Positions 9,891 through 19,831 of a stretch of 64,000 nucleotides of DNA are shown piece by piece. The stretch comes from an uncultured Actinomycetota bacterium (lineage in GTDB: Bacteria; Actinomycetota; Acidimicrobiia; Spongiisociales; UBA4744). The translations under genes were made by a program, and so were the position numbers. How positions within the stretch are numbered: position 1 is the first letter of the stretch; every line of letters starts with the position of its first letter. The stretch is taken from positions 413,717 to 477,716 of the forward strand of contig CAVRPP010000003.1 of the NCBI GenBank assembly GCA_963723165.1. The letters run 5' to 3'. The notes under the pieces are model-generated. The model made no database searches, was not told the origin of the DNA, and worked only from the letters and a program-made list of their open reading frames with translations.

Positions 9891-10771
9891 ATGAAAACCC
9901 TGCCCCACCTCGTTACCGCCCTCATCTCCCCCTTCACCAGATCCGGCCACATCGATCTCGACGCCCACCGCCACAACCTCGAGGCCCTCAACCAACAAGG
10001 AATCAAGGGGTTTCTGATCGGCGGATCGACCGGGAGAAGGACCCTATCTCGAAACCGGCGACCGCCTCTTCCTGGTCGACGCCGCCCGACGTACATTGGG
10101 GAAACGGCCTTTCCTGCTCGCCGGTATCGCCGGCGAATCTTCTCGCTCCGCCCTTGCCCAGACCGAAGAAGCCACCGAGGGCGGTGCCGATGCAGTGCTG
10201 GTGGTGACCCCCACCACGATGGTTCGCGGCAACCACTCAGCAGTGGCCGCGTATCTTCGAAGATCTGGCAGACGCCGCCCGTGTTCCGGTCTTTCTCTAT
10301 TCCGTCCCGGCGGTGACCGGCTACACGCTCCCCGTGGAAACGGCGATCAAACTGTCCCGGCATCCCAACATCACCGGCATGAAGGATTCAGGCGGCGATC
10401 CGGTGGCCATGACTCGTCTTGCAGAGCAAACCGTCGACGACTTCGTCCTGATGACGGGTTCGTCGAAAGCGGTGAGGCTCTGCATGACTGCGGGAGCCCA
10501 TGGAGCCATCACCGCCAGCTCGAACTACCTGCCGGAACTCACCGGCCGGGTGGTGACGGCCGCCCGCAGAAACCTCCTGACCGCCGGCGAACTCCAGTCG
10601 ACACTGACCAGACTCTCGACCGCGGTCGAGGCGTACCGGGTGCCCGGGGTCAAAGCCGCAGCAGGAATGACCGGGCTCCGACCGGGACATCTGCGCAAAC
10701 CGCTCCGACCCGTGCCGCCCAAGGACAAGAGAGCAATCGCAAAGGTGCTGAAAGACGCCGGAATTCTCTAG
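9891..10771 (+). pseudogene. Dihydrodipicolinate synthase (DapA) family gene carrying two +1 frameshifts
   Basis: The N-terminus LVTALISPFTRSGHIDLDAHRHNLEALNQQGIKGFLIGGSTG and the C-terminus (...ITGMKDSGGD...SNYLPELTGRVVTAARRN...) are DapA-like. The reading frame changes at about 10033 (GGGAGAAGG) and about 10258 (TATCTTCG). Removing one base at each site restores ...GSTGEGPYLETGDRLFLVDAA... and ...AAYFEDLADAARVPVFLYSVPAVTGYTLPVETAIKL.... Confidence 0.6.
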
Positions 10772-10921
10772 GCCACACTTCCTCACTTCTTGTGCCTCGC
10801 GCCCAATTCGAACCCGCCTCGCAAGGAACGACGAGGCAACCGCCGCCCTCCGGGCGGTGTTTCGCCCACTGCTACTCTGGCTCCGTCAACACACCGCTGT
10901 GGAGAACAAAGGAGACGTTCG

Positions 10922-11299
10922 ATGGCAGTCAAGTTTCTTTCGGAGGAGTGGGCGAAAGAGGTAACGGATACCTTGCGCGCCCACGAGGACTTCAAGGCAT
11001 CTGCCGACATGAGCGTGCAGTTCGTGGTGAGCGATGCCCCCGACGGCGAAGTGAAGTTCTACCTGGACGCCACCAGCGACGAACCTGTTCAGTCGTTGGG
11101 CGCACTCGATAACGCCGACGTCACCATCACCAGCAATTACGAGACGACCAGCGCCATCTTCAGCGGTGAACTCAACACCCAGATGGCCTTCATGACGGGC
11201 AAGATCAAGGTCAACGGCAACATGGCCAAGTTGATGACCCAGCAGGCTGCTCTGGGCCATTGGGCTTCTGCCGTTGCAGCCCTCGACATCGATTTCTGA
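10922..11299 (+). CDS. SCP2 sterol-binding domain protein
   Basis: MAVKFLSEEWAKEVTDTLRAHEDFKASADMSVQFVVSDAPDGEVKFYLDATSDEP...MAFMTGKIKVNGNMAKLMTQQ is an SCP2-type fold sequence. AAAGGAGA RBS. Confidence 0.7.
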   Translation: MAVKFLSEEWAKEVTDTLRAHEDFKASADMSVQFVVSDAPDGEVKFYLDATSDEPVQSLGALDNADVTITSNYETTSAIFSGELNTQMAFMTGKIKVNGNMAKLMTQQAALGHWASAVAALDIDF

Positions 11300-11313
11300 A
11301 GACCAATAACAAA

Positions 11314-11346
11314 GGGGCGGCCCTGCGTGGACCGCCCCTTTGCTCT
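11314..11346. terminator. GC-rich hairpin between convergent genes (candidate bidirectional terminator)
   Basis: CAAAGGGGCGG-N11-CCGCCCCTTTG forms a perfect 11-bp stem. It lies between the 3' ends of the SCP2 gene (+) and hupB (-). There is no clear U-tract. Confidence 0.45.
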
Positions 11347-11356
11347 GCTTGTCCGG

Positions 11357-11641
11357 TTACTTCTTGCGCTTGGCGACTTCGTCCTTCAGGCCTTTGCCGG
11401 CCGAGAACTTGGGCACAAACTGGGTCTTGATACGGATCGATTCACCGGTCGCAGGATTGATGCCCTTGCGTCCCTGGCGCTTGCGCGACTCGAACGATCC
11501 GAATCCAACGATCTGAACCCGGTCGCCCTTCTTCATCGCCTTGGTGATCGAACCGAAGACGCTGTCGACTGCTACTTTCGCAGCGGCTTTGGTGATGCCG
11601 GCATCGGCCGCAACCTGATCGATCAATTCGCCTTTGTTCAT
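11357..11641 (-). CDS. hupB: HU family DNA-binding protein with a Lys/Ala-rich C-terminal tail
   Basis: MNKGELIDQVAADAGITKAAAKVAVDSVFGSITKAMKKGDRVQIVGFGSFESRKRQGRKGINPATGESIRIK is a canonical HU sequence. The actinobacterial-type basic tail is present. Confidence 0.9.
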   Translation of the reverse strand: MNKGELIDQVAADAGITKAAAKVAVDSVFGSITKAMKKGDRVQIVGFGSFESRKRQGRKGINPATGESIRIKTQFVPKFSAGKGLKDEVAKRKK

Positions 11642-11748
11642 CGGGATACCTCCTCAAAACGGGATAACTACACAGCTGTAACTATACGCCCTCGCTCGTT
11701 GCAAGCGCGCTCGATGAGCGTCCGACCCGGCGCTGAGAGGCGACCGAC

Positions 11749-12684
11749 CTACAGTTCGAGTTGGTGCAGTTCGTCGACCTTCTCTTTCACCGCCGCAGCA
11801 GCCTCGGCCAGAGCCGCGACTTCTTCGTCGGTCAGATCCATGACGACGACTTCCTCAACACCGTTTTTGCCGAGCTTGGCCGGTACACCCAGGTACACAT
11901 CGTTGATGCCGTACTCACCCGAAACCCACGCGCACACCGGCATCATGGCCTTCTCGTCGTTGATAATGGCCGCCACCATCCTGGCAGCCGCCGATGAGGG
12001 GGCGTAGTAGGCGCTGCCGGTCTTGAGTAGAGCGACGATCTCGCCTCCCCCGCCACGGGTCCGATCCAGGATGGCCTGAATCTCTTCCTCGCTGAGATAG
12101 TCGGTGAGCGGCTTGCCGGCCACCGAGCATTGCGACGGGACCGGGACCATCGTCGGACCATGACTTCCCAGAGTCAGAGCGTCAACCTCGAGAATGTCCA
12201 CGCCGGTAGCCTCGGACAGGAAGTGGGCGAGACGGGAACTGTCCAGAATGCCTGCCTGGCCGAGGACCTTGCTATGCGGCAATCCGGAAACCTCAGCCGC
12301 CAGAGTGGTCATCTGATCGAGAGGGTTCGTCACAATGACCAGAGTTGCCTCAGGCGAAAACTTGATGATCTGCTGGGTCACATCCTTGACGATCTTGGCG
12401 TTCACCTCGAGAAGATCCATCCGGCTCATGCCGGGCTTTCTCGGCAATCCCGCCGTGATCACCACGACGTCGCTGCCGGCCGTGTCCGCGTAATCGTTGG
12501 TTCCTACGACCAGTGTCCGATACTTCTCGACGGGACGGGACTGATTCATGTCGAGGGCCAAACCCTGCGGCAGACCTTCGACGATGTCGGTCATCACCAC
12601 CTCGTCGACGATGTCCATCGCTGCCAAACGCTGGGCCGTAGTTGACCCGTATTTGCCCGCCCCGACGACCGTGACCTTGCTCAT
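11749..12684 (-). CDS. mdh: Malate dehydrogenase (LDH-like MDH family)
   Basis: MSKVTVVGAGKYGSTTAQRLA...ITAGLPRKPGMSRMDLLEVNAKIV...LDSSRLAHF. ATG at 12684. The upstream part of the ORF is a spurious extension. Confidence 0.9.
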   Translation of the reverse strand: MSKVTVVGAGKYGSTTAQRLAAMDIVDEVVMTDIVEGLPQGLALDMNQSRPVEKYRTLVVGTNDYADTAGSDVVVITAGLPRKPGMSRMDLLEVNAKIVKDVTQQIIKFSPEATLVIVTNPLDQMTTLAAEVSGLPHSKVLGQAGILDSSRLAHFLSEATGVDILEVDALTLGSHGPTMVPVPSQCSVAGKPLTDYLSEEEIQAILDRTRGGGGEIVALLKTGSAYYAPSSAAARMVAAIINDEKAMMPVCAWVSGEYGINDVYLGVPAKLGKNGVEEVVVMDLTDEEVAALAEAAAAVKEKVDELHQLEL

Positions 12685-12792
12685 ACCCACACTCCTTGGC
12701 TGGTCGGTCCTGTGGGTTAAGGCTAGTCCCGCCACGGTGGCCCTCGGCCGCCGGAGAAGCAAGTTGACCGCCAGTCCTGCTATCAAGGAACC

Positions 12793-13962
12793 GTGCGCCG
12801 TTTGCTCCTCCCTATCTCGTTGATTTCGGCCTTATCGCTGACGGCGTGCGGCCTGCTGCCGGCTGCAACTACCGACAACGGCTCCGTCCAGACGCCCTCA
12901 TCAACCACCCTCGGCATAGATCTGAACATGGACGACCCGGAGTTGCTTCAACGCCTCGGATCCCCGCCTTTCGAAGACGTCACCTGGACGAGAACCATCG
13001 GCGGCATACCCCTGCTGGGAGCTACCGGTTCGGCAGACCAGCGTGAGCTCGAGCTGATCGCTGCGGCTTTTGAGGAAGTTCCAGCAGCCCTGTCGGCAGA
13101 GGGGCAGCCCCGAAACCTCATCCGTATCCAATCGGTCGGCGGTGAGGAAGCCATCGGCAAAGCAGTCGCATTTACCAAGGGACCCGACATCTACCTCGTC
13201 GACCGGACCTTCGCTCCCAACGATGAAGACACCACTCGCCTCGAATTGACCAGGGCTCTCATCCACGAACTCGCCCACGTCGCCCAGTACCGGGCTCTCG
13301 AGGCCACCTACGTCGAGGCGGCACTGGCCGGCGAGGTCGAGCAGGTCGATCCGGCCGCGGGTTCGAGCCTTGTGCAGTCGTTTGCGGCATCGGTCGGTTG
13401 GATCGATCAGAACCCCGACCCCTTGGAGGCCTCGTGGTTTCTCCCCACCACGATCGAGGCCTCAACTGATTACGGGCGGACCGGAGCCGGCGAGGACATG
13501 GCCGAGGCCGTCTCCATGGTCGTGCTTGGACGCTCGAATTGGATTCCTGCCGCGCATACACGATGGGTGGAGCAGTGGCTGGGAAGAGCGTCTGCATCGC
13601 TGGCGAGCGGCAAGCCGTGGGCGCCGGCCGGATCCCGTGAGGTCCTCTCCAAGGATCCGCTCTACGACGAGACCTCACTCACCGCCGGCGCCTTCCGGTT
13701 CGAACACATCGAACCGCTCTACTTCAGCCTCCCGGCAGAAACCAGTCCTCACGCTGGTCTGGCCGCCGAGATTCAGGTCCGGCTGCTGGAGCGCCGTATC
13801 AGTGGCGTGCTTGCCCTCACCGATGACGACCGGTTGCCCCACTACGCCGGTATGTTCACCAGGAAGGACGGGGTGAACCTATGGGTGGAGCTGTGGGACT
13901 TCCGGGAAGCCACGGGATTCAGAACCGCCGATCCGATCCTGACCTACGTCATGCTGTGGTAG
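12793..13962 (+). CDS. Lipoprotein of unknown function with an HExxH motif (possible secreted zinc metallopeptidase-like protein)
   Basis: Signal peptide with lipobox LSLTAC. HELAHVAQY motif. No family was recognised with confidence. Confidence 0.5.
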   Translation: MRRLLLPISLISALSLTACGLLPAATTDNGSVQTPSSTTLGIDLNMDDPELLQRLGSPPFEDVTWTRTIGGIPLLGATGSADQRELELIAAAFEEVPAALSAEGQPRNLIRIQSVGGEEAIGKAVAFTKGPDIYLVDRTFAPNDEDTTRLELTRALIHELAHVAQYRALEATYVEAALAGEVEQVDPAAGSSLVQSFAASVGWIDQNPDPLEASWFLPTTIEASTDYGRTGAGEDMAEAVSMVVLGRSNWIPAAHTRWVEQWLGRASASLASGKPWAPAGSREVLSKDPLYDETSLTAGAFRFEHIEPLYFSLPAETSPHAGLAAEIQVRLLERRISGVLALTDDDRLPHYAGMFTRKDGVNLWVELWDFREATGFRTADPILTYVMLW

Positions 13963-14010
13963 CAGTCAGCAGTCAGCCCATTCTCGTGATAGCTGATAGC
14001 TGATAGCTGG
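13962..14010. repeat. Heptamer tandem repeats (CAGTCAG x2; GATAGCT x3) between convergent genes
   Basis: GCAGTCAGCAGTCAGC ... GATAGCTGATAGCTGATAGCTGG. Confidence 0.7.
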
Positions 14011-14011
14011 A

Positions 14012-14762
14012 CTAACTTCCCACGATCCATGTCCCGGCGACGACGCGATCGAACGCTCCGGCCCCGCTCATTTCGAGGCGGCGGATCCCGGGCAGGGGCC
14101 CTGCCTCCAGGCTGATCCGACCACCCGGCCAAAGCAGCTCAGCCGAATCGGCATCGTGGGCGGCGACTTCGGCGCCCAGTACTTCGACGAAGAACCCAGC
14201 CGTCAGTCCGACGTCGTCAGACACCATCACCACCCGTTCCAGCACCGCCGAGAACGGCTCCCCGGGGCGGCGGCTCGGGCCACCAGCGTCGGCCGGCCGG
14301 CTCACCGGCCCGGGCTGCATCCCAGGCCAGCTCGAACCGCCAGACTTCTGACTCGGCCAGCTGAATCACCGTTCCGTGAGAATCCCGCGGGTGGAGGAAC
14401 GCTTCCCGCCAGTTCGCATCGGACAGGTCGACCCCAACCGGATGCAGCCCGATTTCCTCTAGCCGCTTCAACTCGGCGGCCAGGTCGGGCACCTTGAAGG
14501 TCAGGTGGTGGGGTCCATCTCCGTGACGATCGAGGAACCTGACCAGGAAATCGCTTCGATCGAGGTTCCATGGTTCCAGCAGCTCGACAGTCATGCCCGT
14601 GGTCAGGTCACCGAGCCTGATCTGCATAGCCCGGAACCCGGCCGCGTCGCCGCCGGAGACCAGAGTGGCTCCGAGTTCAGAAATCAGCCGGTCGCGGGGC
14701 GGCACGGCATCCCGAACGGCCAGGGCGACGTGATCGAGATCGCAGCGCCGGTTCGGCTTCAC
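14012..14762 (-). CDS. Two-domain VOC (glyoxalase/bleomycin-resistance/dioxygenase) family protein; the frame changes near 14320, so either a frameshift or two overlapping genes
   Basis: ORF 14217-14762 carries a VOC-like domain (DLDHVALAVRD...HHLTFKVPDLAAELKRLEEIGL). ORF 14012-14320, in another frame, continues a second VOC-like domain. Confidence 0.45.
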
Positions 14763-14764
14763 CT

Positions 14765-15151
14765 TCAGGACGGTTCCGGAGGGGGAATCAGACAGAATTC
14801 GTTTCCGTCGGGATCAGCCACCACCCACAACGAGTACTCGGGTTCGATGACTTCCCGCAACCGGCGGCCCCCCAGCTCCTCGACACGCGTCAACGCCGCC
14901 TCGAGATCCGCAACCTGGAGATCGACATGAGCGCGGTTCTTGCTGGTCTTCTCCTCGTCTGTGCGTTGCAGGACAAGGCTCGGAGCGCCCTCGTGTTGTC
15001 TGCCCAACCACCAGAACTGATGGTGACGGAAGGCAACCTCGACCCCCAGAATCTGCGACCAGAAGGTGCCCCCTCGCTCGAGGTCGGCCACGTCGACAAC
15101 GACGTCGGCAATCACCCCGATGCCCTCTCGCTTCACCTCATCTGCCATCAC
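14765..15151 (-). CDS. VOC family protein (glyoxalase-like)
   Basis: ADVVVDVADLERGGTFWSQILGVEV...AHVDLQVADLEAALTRVEELGG...DPDGNEFCL. Confidence 0.7.
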   Translation of the reverse strand: MMADEVKREGIGVIADVVVDVADLERGGTFWSQILGVEVAFRHHQFWWLGRQHEGAPSLVLQRTDEEKTSKNRAHVDLQVADLEAALTRVEELGGRRLREVIEPEYSLWVVADPDGNEFCLIPPPEPS

Positions 15152-15169
15152 GTCGTCCTCATGAATTCG

Positions 15170-16372
15170 TCACATGCGCTCGACGATGGCGGCGGCGAAC
15201 TCGGAGGTCTTCACTTCCGTTGCCCCTTCCATCAGGCGGGCGAAGTCGTACGTGACGATCTTGTCTTCGATGGTTGCCTCAATGGCGTTGACGATGAGAT
15301 CCGCCACTTCCTGCCATCCGAGGTACCGGAACATCAGCTCTCCCGAAAGAATCACCGAGCCCGGGTTCACCTTGTCCATGCCGGTGTATTTCGGTGCCGT
15401 CCCATGGGTGGCTTCGAAGACCGCGTGGCCGGTGTCGTAGTTGACGTTCCCACCCGGGGCAATGCCGATCCCACCTACCTGGGCCGCCAGCGCATCCGAG
15501 ATGTAGTCACCGTTCAGGTTCATCGTGGCGATCACGTCGTACTCTGCCGGGCGGGTGAGAATCTGCTGGAGAAACGCATCGGCGATCGCATCCTTGACGA
15601 GCAACTTGTCGCCGGCGTCGCCACCCGAGTCCGCCCAGCTGACCGCCACGTCTGAAAACTCTTCGGCAACCAGCTCATATCCCCAGCTGCGGAAGGCTCC
15701 CTCGGTGAACTTCATAATGTTGCCCTTGTGGACCAGCGTGAGCGAGTCCCGCCCGTTGTCGAGGGCGTACCGGATCGCTGCCCGGATAAGACGCTTCGAC
15801 CCTGTTTCGGAAATCGGTTTGATGCCCAGGCCGCTGTCGGGCCGGATGTCCCATCCGTAGGTATCGTGGAGAAACGCAAGCAGTTTCCGGGCATCATCGG
15901 TGCCGGCTTCGAGCTCCTTGCCTGCGTAGACATCCTCGGTGTTCTCCCGAAAGATCACCATGTCGATCAACTCGGGTTGTTTGACAGGAGAAGGAACCCC
16001 CTTGAACCAGCGCACAGGCCGCAGACAAACGTACAGGTCGAGCGTTTGGCGCAAGGCGACGTTGAGGCTCCGGATGCCACCACCGACCGGTGTCGTCAAA
16101 GGACCTTTGATACCGACCAGGTAGGTGCGGAAGGCGTCAACCGTATCGGCCGGGAGCCACTCGCCGGTGTCGTCAAAAGCCTTCTGGCCTGCCAGTACCT
16201 CCATCCAGGCGACCTCACGTTCCCCGCCGTAGGCCTTGGCTACCGCCGCATCGAACACGAGTCGAGCGGCCCGCCAGATATCGGGGCCAATACCGTCCCC
16301 TTCGATGTACGGAAGGATGGGGTCGTCGGGTACCTGTACGCCGGTGGGACCCATCGTGATCGGCGATGCCAT
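15170..16372 (-). CDS. icd: NADP-dependent isocitrate dehydrogenase
   Basis: The full-length translation matches dimeric IDH ([36 protein letters not shown]). Confidence 0.9.
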   Translation of the reverse strand: MASPITMGPTGVQVPDDPILPYIEGDGIGPDIWRAARLVFDAAVAKAYGGEREVAWMEVLAGQKAFDDTGEWLPADTVDAFRTYLVGIKGPLTTPVGGGIRSLNVALRQTLDLYVCLRPVRWFKGVPSPVKQPELIDMVIFRENTEDVYAGKELEAGTDDARKLLAFLHDTYGWDIRPDSGLGIKPISETGSKRLIRAAIRYALDNGRDSLTLVHKGNIMKFTEGAFRSWGYELVAEEFSDVAVSWADSGGDAGDKLLVKDAIADAFLQQILTRPAEYDVIATMNLNGDYISDALAAQVGGIGIAPGGNVNYDTGHAVFEATHGTAPKYTGMDKVNPGSVILSGELMFRYLGWQEVADLIVNAIEATIEDKIVTYDFARLMEGATEVKTSEFAAAIVERM

Positions 16373-16404
16373 GAGGACTCCTTCGTTGTGTGTTCGTTGA
16401 TCGA

Positions 16405-17259
16405 TTATCCCATGCTGCGTTCAGCAGCTGCCACGGTGTTGCGCATGAGCATCGCCACCGTCATCGGACCGACCCCGCCCGGCACCGGGGTAATAGCACC
16501 GGCGATCTCTTTCACGTCGTCGAAGAGGACATCGCCGACCAGCCCGTCTTCGGTCCGATTGATGCCAACATCGATGACCGTTGCCCCCGGCTTGACGGCA
16601 TCGGGTCCGATCAGGCCGGGGACACCGACGGCTGCCACCAGAATGTCCGCCTCACGGGCAACGGCGGCAATGTCAGGCGTCCGGGAATGGGCGGCGGTGA
16701 CCGTTGCGTCGGTCCCCTTGGCAGCCAGCAGCATCGACAGCGGCCTGCCGACCAGGAATGAACGACCCACGATCACGGCTCTCTTCCCGGACGGGTCGAT
16801 CCCGTAGTGAGACAGAATCCGCATCACTCCCTGCGGCGTGCACGGAACCAGCACAGCCCGTTCCAGAGCCAGCAAACCGAGATTGTACGGATGGAGCCCG
16901 TCGGCATCCTTGTTCGGGTCGATGAGCGACGTCACCCGCTTGTCGTCGAGGTCACCGGGCAGCGGGAGTTGCACCAGGATTCCGTCGACCGCGGGGTCGG
17001 CATTGAGTCGCAGCACCAGAGCCTCAATGTCGGCCTGGCTGGTCCCGGCGTCGAGCTCATGGTGCAGGGAATTGATGCCCACCTTCTCGGCGAGCCGGCG
17101 CTTGCTACGGACATACACATGCGAGGCGGGGTCGTCACCGACCAACACCGTTGCCAACCCGGGGACTTTTGCTTTTCCTGCCAGAGCGGAAACGCGTTCT
17201 GCCACCTCGTCCCGAACCGCTGCCGCCACTGACTTGCCATCCAGTATTAGTGCGCTCAA
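16405..17259 (-). CDS. folD: Bifunctional methylenetetrahydrofolate dehydrogenase/cyclohydrolase
   Basis: [19 protein letters not shown]...[16 protein letters not shown]...[11 protein letters not shown]...[14 protein letters not shown]. Confidence 0.9.
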   Translation of the reverse strand: MSALILDGKSVAAAVRDEVAERVSALAGKAKVPGLATVLVGDDPASHVYVRSKRRLAEKVGINSLHHELDAGTSQADIEALVLRLNADPAVDGILVQLPLPGDLDDKRVTSLIDPNKDADGLHPYNLGLLALERAVLVPCTPQGVMRILSHYGIDPSGKRAVIVGRSFLVGRPLSMLLAAKGTDATVTAAHSRTPDIAAVAREADILVAAVGVPGLIGPDAVKPGATVIDVGINRTEDGLVGDVLFDDVKEIAGAITPVPGGVGPMTVAMLMRNTVAAAERSMG

Positions 17260-18782
17260 TGTCGGAAATGCCTCCTTCTGGTGAACACCAGGGCGATGCC
17301 TGCCTGTTCGGCAGCGACGATTACTTCTTCATCTCTTTTCGAGCCGCCGGGTTCGACGATGGCCGTCACTCCGGCCTCGGCGAGCATGTCGATCCCGTCT
17401 CGAAAGGGAAAGAACGCGTCGCTGGCGGCAACGGCACCCGCCGCCAGGTCACCGGCGCGCAGTACGGCGCGTTGAGCGGCTCCCACCCGGCTCTGGTCTC
17501 CGGCCCCGACCCCGATGGCTGCTCCGTCGCGGACGATGACCACTGCGTTGGATTTGGTGTGGGCGGCAACGATCCACGCCAGCTCCAGATCGGACCATTC
17601 TTCGGTGGTCGGGCCCCTCGAGGTCATGACCTGCCAATCCTCGCGCCCCTCAACCATGCGGTCACGTGCCTGGGCCACGAACCCACCGTCCAATCGACGC
17701 ATGTCGATGCCACCTGGATGGGGAGCCGGCGCCCGCAAGACCCGCAGATTCTTCTTGCCTGCGAGTTCGCCGGCGGCAGCAGGCGTCACCTCCGGGGCGA
17801 TGACCACCTCAATGAAGAGTTCGGCCATCGCCTCCGCGGTCGGAGCGTCGAGCGGCCGGTTGAGGGCGACCACGCTCCCGAAAGCGGAGAGAGGATCGCA
17901 CTCCCAGGCGGCTTCGAACGCTTCCACCAATGAATCCGACACGGCTACCCCGCTGGCGTTCGTGTGCTTGACGACTACGGCCGCCGGTCCTTCGAACTCC
18001 CACACCAGGCGCCAGGCTGCTTCGGTATCCACGTAATTGTTGAAAGACATCTCTTTGCCCTGCAACTGGACGGCCGAGGTCCACCACCCGTCCTCCCCGG
18101 ACTGTTCATAGGCACCTGCCGTCTGGTGCGGGTTCTCTCCGTAGCGCAGGACCCGCCGCCGTTCCAAAGGAAGGATGAGCCGGGACGGTAATTGGTCGGG
18201 TTCCAACCACCGGAGAATGGCGGCGTCATAACGAGCGGTGCGATAGAAAGCGGTCCGGGCCAGTTCCTTGCGGAGCTCATCGTCGAGGCCGCCATGTTCA
18301 ACCGCCGTCAGGATCTCGGCGTATTGATCGGGAGAGGTCACGACCCCGACATGAGCATGGTTCTTAGCCGCCGCCCGGATCATGGCGGGCCCCCCGATGT
18401 CGATGTTCTCGATGGCCTCCCCGGTGGTCACATCGTCGAGGGCCACAGTTGCCTCGAACGGGTAGAGGTTGACGACCACCAGTTGAAAGGGATGTATCCC
18501 ATGGCGACCCAGATCAGTGCGATGTTCCGGTTTGGACGGGTCGGCCAGTATCCCTCCGTGGATGGAGGGATGGAGCGTCTTGACCCGACCACCGAGGATT
18601 TCGGGAGAGCCCGTCACAGCGGCGACACTGGTCACGTCCAATCCGGCGTCTTCCAGGATCCGGGCCGTCCCGCCCGAAGAGACAATCTCGACTCCGCTTT
18701 CGATCAGGCCGCGAACGAAAGGGACCAGATCGCCCTTGTCGGAAACGGAGATCAACGCCCGGCGAATCGGGATACGCGTCAT
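17256..18782 (-). CDS. purH: Bifunctional AICAR transformylase / IMP cyclohydrolase
   Basis: [19 protein letters not shown]...SSGGTARIL...[13 protein letters not shown]...VVVNLYPFE. Confidence 0.9.
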   Translation of the reverse strand: MTRIPIRRALISVSDKGDLVPFVRGLIESGVEIVSSGGTARILEDAGLDVTSVAAVTGSPEILGGRVKTLHPSIHGGILADPSKPEHRTDLGRHGIHPFQLVVVNLYPFEATVALDDVTTGEAIENIDIGGPAMIRAAAKNHAHVGVVTSPDQYAEILTAVEHGGLDDELRKELARTAFYRTARYDAAILRWLEPDQLPSRLILPLERRRVLRYGENPHQTAGAYEQSGEDGWWTSAVQLQGKEMSFNNYVDTEAAWRLVWEFEGPAAVVVKHTNASGVAVSDSLVEAFEAAWECDPLSAFGSVVALNRPLDAPTAEAMAELFIEVVIAPEVTPAAAGELAGKKNLRVLRAPAPHPGGIDMRRLDGGFVAQARDRMVEGREDWQVMTSRGPTTEEWSDLELAWIVAAHTKSNAVVIVRDGAAIGVGAGDQSRVGAAQRAVLRAGDLAAGAVAASDAFFPFRDGIDMLAEAGVTAIVEPGGSKRDEEVIVAAEQAGIALVFTRRRHFRH

Positions 18783-19390
18783 GTCTCCTCCCAGATCACC
18801 CGGCGGCCTTCAACCCGTAAACGCCCGGCGGCAAAGGCCTTGACCACCAGCGGGAACAGGCGATGTTCCTCACTTTGGATGCGGGCGTGGAGCGCCTCTT
18901 CGGTGTCGCCGGGTTCTACCGCAACCGCCCGCTGAGCGATGATCGGCCCGTGGTCCACCTCATCATCGACGAAATGCACAGTTACCCCGGTCACCTTCAC
19001 GCCGTGGGCCAGTGCCGCAGGCACTGCGTGAGCGCCGGGGAAAGCGGGCAAGAGGGCGGGATGGATATTGATGATCCGGTTCGGGTAGCGATCGACGGCG
19101 GCCGGGGAGAGAATGCGCATGAACCCTGCAAGGAGCAGCGCCTCCGCCCCGTACTGCCGGGCGATGTCACAAATAGCGATCGAGAAGGCCTGCCGATCCT
19201 CGAAATCACCCCAGGGAACAACCTCCGCCGGCACGCCGGCGTTTGCGGCCCGGGCCAGAGCTCCAACCCCGGGCCGGTCCGATATGACCACCACGATCCG
19301 GGCGCCAAAATCGGGGTCGGTCCTGGAGGCATCGAGGAGCGATTGCAGGTTGGAGCCAGAACCGGATACCAACACCGCAACGGGCAGCAC
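18779..19390 (-). CDS. purN: Phosphoribosylglycinamide formyltransferase
   Basis: VAVLVSGSGSNLQSL...LLAGFMRIL...INIHPALLPAFPG...VTGVTVHFVDDEVDHGPIIAQ. Overlaps the purH start. Confidence 0.9.
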   Translation of the reverse strand: MLPVAVLVSGSGSNLQSLLDASRTDPDFGARIVVVISDRPGVGALARAANAGVPAEVVPWGDFEDRQAFSIAICDIARQYGAEALLLAGFMRILSPAAVDRYPNRIINIHPALLPAFPGAHAVPAALAHGVKVTGVTVHFVDDEVDHGPIIAQRAVAVEPGDTEEALHARIQSEEHRLFPLVVKAFAAGRLRVEGRRVIWEET

Positions 19391-19456
19391 GCAGACCCTT
19401 CCTGACGTCTCTCAGCGCATACTAGGTCAGCATCGACGCCCGGCAGATCGCCCGAT

Positions 19457-19744
19457 TCAGACCGGGACCGCCACCATCGTGCGCGTGTCGATGGTCTCCA
19501 ACAGCTTCGCCGGTTCGGGTTCGATGGCCTTGCGGTGCTCCGAGGCGTAGTATCGCTCGGAGGCCGACTCGATCCCGTCCTCGCAGCCAACGATCCAGAT
19601 GAACTGGTTCGCCTCCGGGATCGACCAGGCGCCCACCACCTCGAACCCGGCCCTCCGGCGGGCGTCGACGACAGCCGGGAAGATGCCGAGAAACGTCTCC
19701 ATCTCGCCTTCTTTGACCTGGTACATACGCAGCTGATACTCCAT
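19457..19744 (-). CDS. NIPSNAP family protein (~95 aa)
   Basis: MEYQLRMYQVKEGEMETFLGIFPAVVDARRRAGFEVVGAWSIPEANQFIWIVGCEDGIESASERYYASEHRK is a NIPSNAP-like pattern. Only the 3' third of the long ORF 19457-20419 is real; the rest is antisense to the MFS gene. Confidence 0.65.
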   Translation of the reverse strand: MEYQLRMYQVKEGEMETFLGIFPAVVDARRRAGFEVVGAWSIPEANQFIWIVGCEDGIESASERYYASEHRKAIEPEPAKLLETIDTRTMVAVPV

Positions 19745-19762
19745 GAGCCCCTCCCCCGTTCC

Positions 19763-19780
19763 TGACGACTGACGACTGCA
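19763..19780. repeat. Heptamer tandem repeat (TGACGAC x2) in a divergent intergenic region
   Basis: TGACGACTGACGACTGCA. Confidence 0.6.
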
Positions 19781-19831
19781 TACGGTACACCGGCGAACGT
19801 GACGCCAACCAAACACCCCTAATCTGCATCC

